Source: a virus (lineage: Duplodnaviria; Caudoviricetes). Taken from it: a stretch of DNA of 52,469 bases. Shown here piece by piece: positions 30,557 through 37,941 of the stretch. Position 1 is the stretch's first letter, and the number at the start of each line of letters is the position of its first letter. The position numbers and the translations under genes are program-made. The DNA lies in IMG/VR virus record IMGVR_UViG_3300030331_002818, positions 1 to 52,469 of that record. One strand, written 5' to 3'. Under the pieces are notes generated by a model, which saw only the letters and a program-made list of their open reading frames with translations, had not been told where the DNA came from and did no database searches.

Positions 30557-30946
30557 ATGCAAACTGCTGATCTAAATATGTTTACTGGGACTGAAGGTTA
30601 TATACGGTATAATATGCCGTTGACTCCTAAAGACCAGCAAATGCTGTTGACTGATGGAGCGCACTACTTTGCGGAGAACTGCGGAGGCGGTGCTTATTGG
30701 TTGATGGATATTATCCAAACTGAGGTAGTACCTCTGCTTACTGAGGAGAACTACTTTATCCTTATTAAAATGGATGTTCTCCAAGGTGAGAATAATAAGG
30801 TAGCCACTATCGTAGCTGATGATGGTAATGATAACTTATTATGGTCGCGTGATATTGGTTTTACTGATGCCGATATTGGTACTTGGAAATTTTACCTGAT
30901 TGATGATGGGCGGCAAAAAGTATTGATGCTGCCTAGTGAGTACTGA
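30557..30946 (+). CDS. DUF6876-like protein
   Basis: FTGTEGY, LLTDGA.Y.AE...AYWL.D.I, I.FTD and C-terminal LMLPSEY. ATG follows TAGAAAGGAG. Upstream inverted repeat at 30478-30513. Confidence 0.7.
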   Translation: MQTADLNMFTGTEGYIRYNMPLTPKDQQMLLTDGAHYFAENCGGGAYWLMDIIQTEVVPLLTEENYFILIKMDVLQGENNKVATIVADDGNDNLLWSRDIGFTDADIGTWKFYLIDDGRQKVLMLPSEY

Positions 30947-31238
30947 TATGTACTCCGCTCAGGTTTATTATAACTCGCGCGAGAGCCATGCTCTCACGCC
31001 TATTTATCCTAGAATAGGGTTAATAGAAACTTATCTTCATTATACTGGTTTAGTTGATAATGTTGATGATATCAAAGAAATTGTAATCTTAAAAGGTGGG
31101 CGTCGTAAGATGCCCACTATCCATGGCTATTATAATTGGGTCAATGGCAAACTTAAACTTGATAAGAGTAAGCCAGCACTTATCCATAATGTATTGTATG
31201 GATTAGGTGCAGACAGAGGTTATTATTGGCATGAATGA
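30936..31238 (+). CDS. Hypothetical protein
   Basis: ORF overlaps the previous stop in a dense + strand run; start uncertain. Confidence 0.5.
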   Translation: MSTDMYSAQVYYNSRESHALTPIYPRIGLIETYLHYTGLVDNVDDIKEIVILKGGRRKMPTIHGYYNWVNGKLKLDKSKPALIHNVLYGLGADRGYYWHE

Positions 31239-31395
31239 AGTCCTTACTATTGCCTACGATTTAAAGCATCAGGTAGAATGTCTGCCTGATGCCTTATCGC
31301 ATTGTTCTAAGGTTGATAAATATAATACTGATTTAACAATGTTAGAGCGTATTGAAACAATAATCAAAGCTCTTGAGAGGGGAAATAATGGGTAA
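31207..31395 (+). CDS. Hypothetical protein
   Basis: Tiles between its neighbours; the true start is probably ATG 31231. Confidence 0.45.
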   Translation: MQTEVIIGMNEVLTIAYDLKHQVECLPDALSHCSKVDKYNTDLTMLERIETIIKALERGNNG

Positions 31396-31603
31396 AGTAA
31401 AAGAGTTATGGATGAATGAGCTTGAAAAGTTGCAAGAAGATTATTGCGAGGCTAATATTACTGAAGAAAAATTTAGACGCGGTATGTATAGCCTTGGAGT
31501 AGATAAAATAGATGTTGATTGTTTTATTATTGAAGCAGAATTACTGAGGGCGGTTAATAAAGCATTTAAGCCGTTATTTAAGGATGCCGAATCTAAAATG
31601 TAA
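31373..31603 (+). CDS. Hypothetical protein (MGKVKELWM-type)
   Basis: GAGGGG RBS before an internal ATG near 31388. Confidence 0.55.
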   Translation: MRGEIMGKVKELWMNELEKLQEDYCEANITEEKFRRGMYSLGVDKIDVDCFIIEAELLRAVNKAFKPLFKDAESKM

Positions 31604-31707
31604 CCAATGCGGTGATGAGGTTGAGATAGGTGATGAAGGCTCTTATCTTTGTTCTCGTTGTTGGTTAAGTTATTATATCACACTCTCTAGAAAGGAGACA
31701 AAGCGTT

Positions 31708-31773
31708 ATGGAAATCACGGATTTTATCCCAGACTTTGTAACAATTTTTGTTCTAGTCATAGCGTTACTGTGA
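31708..31773 (+). CDS. 21-aa hydrophobic peptide (not in the ORF track)
   Basis: Perfect TAGAAAGGAG at 31688 followed by MEITDFIPDFVTIFVLVIALL*. Confidence 0.5.
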   Translation: MEITDFIPDFVTIFVLVIALL

Positions 31774-31782
31774 GTACAGAGG

Positions 31783-32025
31783 ATGTCTAATCTTGTACCT
31801 GTAGATAATGATATTACACATATCCCCTGCCCTCTATGTGGGGGTGAGGGGCGTGTTGAATATGAACGTCCTGTTGTTGATTACGAGCGCGGTGGGTATT
31901 TAGAGGGCTATTACGATGAGTGTGAAGAATGTGGAGGATTTGGCGAAGTAGAGTTAGATCCCGACCGTGATTGTATAGTTGATGAATATGGTAATCTGTA
32001 CTGGAAAGATGAGCCGAGGTTTTAG
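31783..32025 (+). CDS. DnaJ-type CxxCxGxG zinc-finger protein
   Basis: CPLCGGEG and CEECGGFG. Confidence 0.7.
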   Translation: MSNLVPVDNDITHIPCPLCGGEGRVEYERPVVDYERGGYLEGYYDECEECGGFGEVELDPDRDCIVDEYGNLYWKDEPRF

Positions 32026-32157
32026 GATAAAATAAATTATACCAAGAGTGCAATCTTGGCATATCCTGTGGTATATTAATAATAGGCAAGGGGCAGTCTC
32101 CTATGGACTACCTCTTGTCTGCTACACCTAACCAACCACTCAAGAAAGGAGTAGGTT

Positions 32158-32598
32158 ATGACTGAGAAAGTTGAAAATAATGCTGTTATATCTGATGTGT
32201 CTGGTGCTGCTACTGCTGTGCCTGAAAGCAGCGAGATAGATAATGCTGTATGCACAGATATCGCTGCTCGTGATGAGTTTGTCCCTTGGGAAGAACGTAA
32301 GTTTAGTGAAGCTCGTGCTTTTGGTGAGAACCTTGGTTCTTATCTTGGTACACTTGTACAAGAGATTCAGGCTTTACGCGGCGAGGTAAAAGCTCTACGT
32401 GTAGGCCAAGAGAATATGACAGCGGCTGGTAAAACAGTTGATGATGTATATGTGCGTATGATTGAAGTTGAACACCAAGTCCAAGAGCTGTTTGATTCAA
32501 CTATTAGCACTAATGATTACGACCCTGATGAGTGGGTGCGTGAAAGTGATATTGGCGACCGTGTACGTGAGCTACGTTTTACTGTAGAGGTTGAGTAA
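32158..32598 (+). CDS. Acidic coiled-coil hypothetical protein
   Basis: AGAAAGGAG RBS; heptad segment LVQEIQALRGEVKALR. Confidence 0.65.
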   Translation: MTEKVENNAVISDVSGAATAVPESSEIDNAVCTDIAARDEFVPWEERKFSEARAFGENLGSYLGTLVQEIQALRGEVKALRVGQENMTAAGKTVDDVYVRMIEVEHQVQELFDSTISTNDYDPDEWVRESDIGDRVRELRFTVEVE

Positions 32599-32873
32599 TG
32601 ACACGCTACGCCGATGTGAGAAGTGCGGTGAGTTATTTTATACGCCTTGATGAACACCAGCACTACCTTGAAAGAGGTGATAAAGCAAAATATGGGGATG
32701 ACCGCACATGCGGTCACCTCTCTTATACCCTAGCTACTATCTGTTTCCGCAGTCCAGAAGCTAGGTCTATCCTAGAAAGCATGATAGCTACCAAAGCCAG
32801 AGAGGTAGCGATAGCCGAAGAAAGGACTAAAAAACATGGCCGATCCAGAAAACTACAAATCGATCTCGCTTGA
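32598..32873 (+). CDS. Hypothetical protein
   Basis: TAATG coupling to the upstream gene. Confidence 0.55.
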   Translation: MTRYADVRSAVSYFIRLDEHQHYLERGDKAKYGDDRTCGHLSYTLATICFRSPEARSILESMIATKAREVAIAEERTKKHGRSRKLQIDLA

Positions 32874-33315
32874 TATTGAAACTTATAATCTACTTAAAAC
32901 TGTAGCTGAGGCTGAGTGCCGTAGTATCGGTATGCAAGTACGTTGGATGATTAAACAGGGGATGGTAAATCCTCCGAGTCCTAATGTAACTGCGATGCCT
33001 ACTGCTCCTGCGACTGTTAAAGCAGTCAGGGTTAAACCGCGTGGTAAAATCTTTACTAATAGCGGGACTGCTCAAATACTCGTACGGTTTTACGAGACTA
33101 ATGCTACTCTATCGGTCGCCGACTTCAGGGATATTGAAGTAGAAGATGTGTATAAAACGATAGTTAATATTGAAGCTAAAGGTGAGTTACGCAGGATTGG
33201 TCACTCTAAACCTGGACTTTGGCATATTACTTCTAGGGGAGTAGCTAAAGCACGTGAGATCTTACGTCGTAGGGTTGAAGAAGAACAGTGCAGTCAAGTA
33301 TTTAAGACTGGATAA
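32836..33315 (+). CDS. Putative transcriptional regulator (N-terminal ribbon-helix-helix, possible C-terminal winged helix)
   Basis: YKSISLDIETYNLLKTVAEAECRSIGMQVRWMI fits the RHH pattern; C-terminal GELRR....GLWHITSRG. Confidence 0.6.
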   Translation: MADPENYKSISLDIETYNLLKTVAEAECRSIGMQVRWMIKQGMVNPPSPNVTAMPTAPATVKAVRVKPRGKIFTNSGTAQILVRFYETNATLSVADFRDIEVEDVYKTIVNIEAKGELRRIGHSKPGLWHITSRGVAKAREILRRRVEEEQCSQVFKTG

Positions 33316-33407
33316 GGTTCCGCACCTCCGCTAAGTTTAGTATGGTTATTTTTGATAAATGTGTTATCATACTTTACTCATGATAAGTTCCTCCCTTATG
33401 AGAACCT

Positions 33408-33439
33408 ACCCCCAATCAATAATGGTTGGGGGTCTTTTT
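33408..33439 (+). terminator. Probable rho-independent terminator
   Basis: ACCCCCAATC-loop-GGTTGGGGGT followed by CTTTTT. Confidence 0.6.
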
Positions 33440-33564
33440 ACCAATAAACATGGTTCACGAGTAAAAAAAGACGCCGCTCAGACGCCGCTCGACTGCCTCT
33501 AGCATAGTGGGTGGTAGGTAAGTACCCCCCAAAACAATGACTAATTACCAAGGTTTCTGATTAG

Positions 33565-33777
33565 TTTGCTATATAGGAGGTAAATATGGATGAGAGTAAA
33601 TTTGTTTTTTATGATTTGATAATATACAATATCTCAGTATACACATATCTTCAATGAGTTAGCATATGAATTACGATGATTGATCCAATATCTCAATGTA
33701 GTATTTCCGTCCGCGCGGTCTAATCTGTGATAAATTTGAATTTAACATAATTCGTTTTTGGTCCTATTATGCAAAGT
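33565..33777. repeat. Copy 2 of the dispersed non-coding element
   Basis: Same three blocks in the same order as 15714-15870, with an identical 54-bp spacing between blocks 2 and 3. Confidence 0.7.
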
Positions 33778-33807
33778 ATCCCATCATGTAGGAGGAGAGG
33801 GCAGTAA

Positions 33808-34344
33808 ATGGCTCTAGCAAAAGCAACTCATAAACCCACACTTGATGTCGTCGCAAATCCACGTAAAGAAAAATCCATCACTCCAAAGCAAGAGGAATTT
33901 GCACGATTGTATGTTTGTGAGGATATTTCACAAACTGAGGCAGCTCTTCGTGCTGGGTATTCCGAGAAGTCAGCCCATGCTATTGCCTCACAATTACTCA
34001 ACGGTCAGCGTTACCCCCACGTCGTTGAGAGGATTCGTGAATTAAAACAAGAGTTGGCACGTAAATATGAGGTAAGTTTTGAGGGTCATGTTAAAAAGCT
34101 GGCTGAGATACGTGATGCCGCGATGACAGGAGGAAATTTTGCGGCGGCTGTCGCTGCTGAAAAATCACGAGGTCAAGCGGCGGGGCTTTATATTGACCGT
34201 AAAGAAATCTTGCATGGTAAAATTGATCAGATGAATCGTGATGAAGTGATGCGAGAAATAAAAAGGATACAAGAGGAGTTCCCTGCTCTGGCCGTCGTCA
34301 CTGAGGGTAATATGATGATTGATCATGATGAGGGTGATAATTAA
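33808..34344 (+). CDS. terS: Terminase small subunit
   Basis: ITPKQEEFARLYV...SQTEAALRAGYSEKSAHAIASQLL HTH; AVAAEK.RG...GLY; AGGAGG RBS. Confidence 0.85.
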   Translation: MALAKATHKPTLDVVANPRKEKSITPKQEEFARLYVCEDISQTEAALRAGYSEKSAHAIASQLLNGQRYPHVVERIRELKQELARKYEVSFEGHVKKLAEIRDAAMTGGNFAAAVAAEKSRGQAAGLYIDRKEILHGKIDQMNRDEVMREIKRIQEEFPALAVVTEGNMMIDHDEGDN

Positions 34345-34405
34345 AGACTTATCATTATAACTCACATGTGGCACTATATAATTGTAGCAATAGTCATAGA
34401 AAGGA
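34336..34405 (+). promoter_or_regulatory. Early-type promoter/leader module
   Basis: GATAATTAAAGACTTATC box; TTATCA-17bp-CACTAT; TAGAAAGGA. Confidence 0.6.
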
Positions 34406-34414
34406 CACGTTACG

Positions 34415-34687
34415 ATGAACTACTTTAAGCAAACTAGCGATGCCGTACTAGACGGCTGGGTTGACTATCACGCAATACAGCCAACACATCTTGAGGTCAG
34501 TGATGACAAGGTGTTGTGTTGCCTTGATGATTTGAGGCAAATAAGTATTGTTGGTTTTGAGAACCAAACGCACGTCACCATTACTAATACTAATAATTAT
34601 GACGACATAGTTACTTGTGAGTACTCAACAATAGTGGCTGAGGAGTCACATTTGTTTGGCCTCAAGAGGTTTTTACGTGACTACTAA
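34415..34687 (+). CDS. Hypothetical protein
   Basis: Preceded by the promoter/RBS module. Confidence 0.6.
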   Translation: MNYFKQTSDAVLDGWVDYHAIQPTHLEVSDDKVLCCLDDLRQISIVGFENQTHVTITNTNNYDDIVTCEYSTIVAEESHLFGLKRFLRDY

Positions 34688-34880
34688 ACCAAAAAAGCAA
34701 GGACGTCCTAAAGGGTCAGCCCAATATAAGGACGTCCCTACTATGGTGCATCTTTCTGGACGCGAGACGCTCCAAGATTTGCACGCTATACGTGAGCTGT
34801 TAGAGGAGGAGACAGGTATGGATGTCACCTACCCTAACGTCATTAAATACCTCATCAAATATTACCTCAGGGATCGGTGA
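34656..34880 (+). CDS. Small putative DNA-binding protein (AT-hook-like KKQGRPKGS)
   Basis: GRPKG motif plus an RHH-like tail; the true start is probably GTG near 34677. Confidence 0.5.
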   Translation: MASRGFYVTTKPKKQGRPKGSAQYKDVPTMVHLSGRETLQDLHAIRELLEEETGMDVTYPNVIKYLIKYYLRDR

Positions 34881-34884
34881 TATA

Positions 34885-34959
34885 AAGGGACAGTAAAAGA
34901 GTTATCATTTACTGTCCCTTGTTTTACTTTATAATTATAGCAACACTCACAGAAAGGAG
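34885..34959 (+). promoter_or_regulatory. Early-type promoter/leader module inside an inverted repeat
   Basis: AAGGGACAGTAAA...TTTACTGTCCCTT; GACAGTAAAAGAGTTATC box; TTATCA-17bp-TACTTT; AGAAAGGAG. Confidence 0.65.
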
Positions 34960-34964
34960 CCGCT

Positions 34965-35177
34965 ATGATAAAACCTAAAGCTGAAACCTATGAGTTCAAT
35001 GATGGTAAGTCTCAAACCATATTGGACTTTTCCCGCGTCAACGAAGCATGGCTCGTATGGCGTCAGGATCCAGGCAGTCAAGGTAATGTAAAAATCCACC
35101 CTAGTTATGATGAAGCCAAGCGCGATTACGATAACCGCGTTGAGGCTATACAAATGATGGAGGCTTACAATGGCTGA
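34965..35177 (+). CDS. Hypothetical protein
   Basis: AGAAAGGAG RBS. Confidence 0.6.
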   Translation: MIKPKAETYEFNDGKSQTILDFSRVNEAWLVWRQDPGSQGNVKIHPSYDEAKRDYDNRVEAIQMMEAYNG

Positions 35178-35394
35178 TGTAATTAATTATGTGTCCAAAG
35201 TGGCAAGCGATCTAGGCTTATTTGAGTGGACTAAAAAGCTGGGTCAACAGCACTTCAGTGTTCCGGGTGAGCATGGCACTCTTTGTGGTATGCCGATGCT
35301 CGGTAATAACTACGCTCGGGTGTATGGGGATGAGGATAAAACACCTTGTCCCATTTGTGAGGAGGCTTTAGTGCAGAGAGCAAGTAATGACTGA
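35170..35394 (+). CDS. Small putative zinc-binding protein
   Basis: H...TLCG...CPIC; GGAGG RBS. Confidence 0.6.
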   Translation: MADVINYVSKVASDLGLFEWTKKLGQQHFSVPGEHGTLCGMPMLGNNYARVYGDEDKTPCPICEEALVQRASND

Positions 35395-35578
35395 TATGCA
35401 CTACATCGTGCAGGATACCCAGACGGGCGAAAAGTTCGTCTGGGATTTATGTCGTGTGCTCAGTGAAATAAATAGAGATAGGTCAGCCGATTGGAAGAAT
35501 TACGATGAGACCGATTGGACAGAGGGGTGGAGTGAGTGGGTTGATGGCTATAAGATAGTCGGATTTACACCGAAATAA
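35387..35578 (+). CDS. Hypothetical protein (EINRDRS..W..Y...DW.EG motif)
   Basis: Coupled ORF with a Trp-rich motif. Confidence 0.6.
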   Translation: MTDMHYIVQDTQTGEKFVWDLCRVLSEINRDRSADWKNYDETDWTEGWSEWVDGYKIVGFTPK

Positions 35579-35580
35579 AA

Positions 35581-35657
35581 GATAACAAAAGAAGTGTCTT
35601 CTATTCTCTGTACTGCTACTTTATAATTGTAAAGGCAACAACGCTCGTAGAAAGGAG
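35581..35657 (+). promoter_or_regulatory. Early-type promoter/leader module
   Basis: GATAACAAAAGAAGTGTC box; 17 bp to TACTTT; TAGAAAGGAG. Confidence 0.6.
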
Positions 35658-35664
35658 CAGACTA

Positions 35665-35970
35665 ATGATACAGTGTGTAGATATGAATGATGAAGGTGAT
35701 ATGGTGGTTACTAATGAAGACCCCAGTTGCCTCATGTTGTTAACGACTCTGTGGTTCACAGATACTACTAATGCTGATGGCTCACCATGTACGCCTGATC
35801 CTGAGGTGCATATGACATCTTGGACAGATGAGTTAAGGCAACGCGCTCACTTGGCAGAATTTATCAATCGCCATAATGAGTGGGCAAGTGAGCAGGAGGG
35901 CAGACCAGTTGTCAAGTTTGCCAAACAGCAGGTCGTGCTCATCACACCCACCACAACGGAGCTAGTGTGA
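35665..35970 (+). CDS. Hypothetical protein
   Basis: Preceded by the promoter/RBS module. Confidence 0.6.
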   Translation: MIQCVDMNDEGDMVVTNEDPSCLMLLTTLWFTDTTNADGSPCTPDPEVHMTSWTDELRQRAHLAEFINRHNEWASEQEGRPVVKFAKQQVVLITPTTTELV

Positions 35971-36059
35971 TGGATGGCACGTTAATCTTTTTAATAGTCT
36001 GCGATGCAGTGCTTTTGATAGCAATCGGTTTCAAAGTAAAGGAGGCATTAAGTGAGTAA
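35970..36059 (+). CDS. 29-aa membrane peptide (not in the ORF track)
   Basis: TGATG coupling; MDGTLIFLIVCDAVLLIAIGFKVKEALSE*. Confidence 0.45.
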   Translation: MDGTLIFLIVCDAVLLIAIGFKVKEALSE

Positions 36060-36492
36060 ACCAGAGTCCACATTGTGGAAAAATCTGCGTGAGGGAACCA
36101 AAGATCTAGGCGTGTTTTGGACACGTCTAGAGTCTTGGTCTAGTCCTGGAGTACCTGACTTGCATGGCATATTGGATGGTCATGCTTTTTGGCTTGAGCT
36201 TAAAGTTCATAGGTTAAACTCGTTAAATAAAATTGCTCTTCGTCCTCACCAAATTGCTTGGCAGATAAGATATAGCGGATATTCTGGAAACGTCTGGAAC
36301 TTGGTTAGTCATCCTTCGTCCCGAACTATAAATATATTTCACGGTGCGAGAGCCATGGATATTGCAACAACGACGATAAAAGATGATCCCTTGATACCTG
36401 ACTGGAGTTCGGGATCGCCTTACGATTGGACGGGGGCTATCAATCATATTCTATCATCCTCTCGTCCCATCATAAAGGAGGAAGATCTCTAG
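36052..36492 (+). CDS. PD-(D/E)xK nuclease (VRR-NUC / Holliday junction resolvase-like)
   Basis: ESTLW, RLE....PGVPDL.G, FWLELKV and LRPHQIAW; AAGGAGG RBS before GTG. Confidence 0.8.
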   Translation: MSKPESTLWKNLREGTKDLGVFWTRLESWSSPGVPDLHGILDGHAFWLELKVHRLNSLNKIALRPHQIAWQIRYSGYSGNVWNLVSHPSSRTINIFHGARAMDIATTTIKDDPLIPDWSSGSPYDWTGAINHILSSSRPIIKEEDL

Positions 36493-36573
36493 TTTCGTCA
36501 TCAATCTTCCTCAGTCAAACTTAAATTATCAATCATCCTCAATCATTTTCCGTTGACGATGATTGATGATGAC
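36439..36573. repeat. Iteron cluster 1, consensus ATCAATCWTCCTC, in both orientations
   Basis: Exact copies at 36500 and 36528; variants at 36449, 36478 (-) and 36555 (-). Positions 36528-36567 form an imperfect inverted repeat. Confidence 0.75.
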
Positions 36574-36586
36574 AGGGATATTTTAA

Positions 36587-36671
36587 GATAATTATTGACT
36601 TGTCAATAAAAATCATACGTGCTACTCTTACATCATAAGCAATGGTGCTTATGGACATGTCGTAGAAAGGA
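36587..36671 (+). promoter_or_regulatory. Promoter with leader hairpin
   Basis: GATAATTATTGACTTGTC box; TTGTCA-17bp-TACTCT; hairpin CATAAGC-AATGGT-GCTTATG; TAGAAAGGA. Confidence 0.65.
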
Positions 36672-36677
36672 CATATC

Positions 36678-37094
36678 ATGACTGCTAAAACTGTTAAAAA
36701 ATCTACTGCTAAAACTGTCGTTAAATCAGCTGAGCTGGTGGTTACTGACCGCGAGCTAGACTATACTGAGATTTGGGCATTTGTCCAACAACACGCTGGT
36801 GGCAATGAGGCTAACGTCAAAATTGTGCCTCTTGACAATGTTGACTTGGCAAGCGCAACGCCTGTCCCGTTTGGCTATGGCGGCAAGACGGGAGGCGTCA
36901 GGCAACGCATCCAAGATTGGATGCTTAAAGGTGTTGACGGTGACCTGTCCCTTAAAGCGGTTCTCAATAAAGCTGCACCATTAGGACACTCTCGTAAAAA
37001 GCCTGTCTGCTTACATGCTTTGATGCACGGAGGATACAGCCCGTCCAGTAAATACTGGATGACACCATTCGTCAAACTTGTAGTCCAAGGCTAA
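36678..37094 (+). CDS. Hypothetical protein, paralogue A
   Basis: Has its own promoter, RBS and terminator. Colinear with 37498-37941 (IW.FVQQHAGGN, PVPFG..GK.GGVR, PLGHS.KKP.CL, GGYSPSS..W). Confidence 0.85.
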   Translation: MTAKTVKKSTAKTVVKSAELVVTDRELDYTEIWAFVQQHAGGNEANVKIVPLDNVDLASATPVPFGYGGKTGGVRQRIQDWMLKGVDGDLSLKAVLNKAAPLGHSRKKPVCLHALMHGGYSPSSKYWMTPFVKLVVQG

Positions 37095-37101
37095 TATAGA
37101 G

Positions 37102-37127
37102 GGGGACGTCGCAAGGCGTCCCCTTTT
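37102..37127 (+). terminator. Rho-independent terminator
   Basis: GGGGACGTC-GCAA-GGCGTCCCC-TTTT. Confidence 0.8.
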
Positions 37128-37144
37128 ACCGAGGACCCTTGCCT

Positions 37145-37297
37145 GAGGAAGAGGGATGATGATTCCCTTCCTAGACGAAGACTGATATGTATAGGCATTA
37201 GTCTATACATATCATATCATTATCAATCTTCCTCTAACAAGTTTGAAGATTATAGAGGATTTAATACTTCAGAAACAGAGTTATCAAAAAAAGTCTC
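37145..37297. repeat. Iteron cluster 2 (same 13-bp motif)
   Basis: Exact ATCAATCTTCCTC at 37222; reverse-strand variants at 37145 and 37174; GA/TC-dense up to 37297. Confidence 0.7.
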
Positions 37298-37388
37298 TTG
37301 TTGCAGTTTGCAAAAAAACAAACAGCAAAGGGTTAAAAATGTGGTTGTTAATTTTTGCACTAATAGTGTTGGGTTTTTATGCCCTAAT

Positions 37389-37493
37389 AAAAAAGTAAAA
37401 ATAAGTAAAAATAAGTATTGTGCGCAGCGTTAATATGTGCATAATAAAAATTGTAAGCAATAACGCTTACAGGCATTTAAACGCATAGGAGGT
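37389..37493 (+). promoter_or_regulatory. Strong sigma70-like promoter with phased A-tracts and a leader hairpin
   Basis: AAAAATAAGT repeats at 10-bp spacing; TTGTGC at 37418; TG-CATAAT at 37440; hairpin TGTAAGC-AATAAC-GCTTACA; AGGAGGT RBS. Confidence 0.65.
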
Positions 37494-37497
37494 AAAA

Positions 37498-37941
37498 ATG
37501 CCAAATACTAAAAAGGGTGCAGCTACCCAAAAAGCTACTACTACTACCGCCACTGCTAATGTTGCTACTTTGCAGCATACAGGTAATGAGCTAACGTATT
37601 TTGACATATGGCAGTTTGTACAGCAACACGCTGGCGGCAACTTACATAATGTGCAAGTTGTGCCGCTAGGCAATGTACAACTTGACCAGCCGCAGCCAGT
37701 GCCATTTGGCTTTAATGGCAAAGCTGGCGGGGTACGTGCCACTATACAAGGTTGGTTATTGCGCGGTGTAAATGGTAGCAATAGCCTTGCCGCAATACTG
37801 GCGGCAGCCAAGCCACTAGGCCACAGCAGCAAAAAGCCAATTTGCTTGTTGGCTTTGTTAAACGGCGGCTATAGCCCCAGCAGCAGCACATGGGGTACAG
37901 GCTACGTTAAGTTGGTAGTGCAGCCCCAACCTACCCAATAA
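37498..37941 (+). CDS. Hypothetical protein, paralogue B (TC/GA-avoiding recoded copy)
   Basis: AGGAGGT RBS; homologous to 36678-37094; only 1 Glu and 2 Asp; all Ser codons are AGC. Confidence 0.85.
   Translation: MPNTKKGAATQKATTTTATANVATLQHTGNELTYFDIWQFVQQHAGGNLHNVQVVPLGNVQLDQPQPVPFGFNGKAGGVRATIQGWLLRGVNGSNSLAAILAAAKPLGHSSKKPICLLALLNGGYSPSSSTWGTGYVKLVVQPQPTQ

Noticed and set aside
31584-31790. 68-aa CxxC ORF
   Set aside because: The N-terminal CNQC..CSRC could be real, but the ORF overlaps a better-supported RBS and peptide at 31688-31773; left uncalled.
33316-33807. tRNA or known ncRNA in the large intergenic gaps
   Set aside because: I could not recognise a cloverleaf, T-loop consensus or known riboswitch by eye here or at 15642-15984 and 37095-37497. 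A covariance-model search is needed to exclude one.
36439-37297. 13-bp repeats as a mini-CRISPR array
   Set aside because: The repeats are too short, irregularly spaced and in both orientations, and no cas genes are present.
37498-37941. TC loss as a passive TC>TT deaminase mutation scar
   Set aside because: Substitutions relative to paralogue A include D>G, D>Q, D>S and E>L, and Ser is retained via AGC. C>T or G>A changes alone do not produce these. Not fully excluded.
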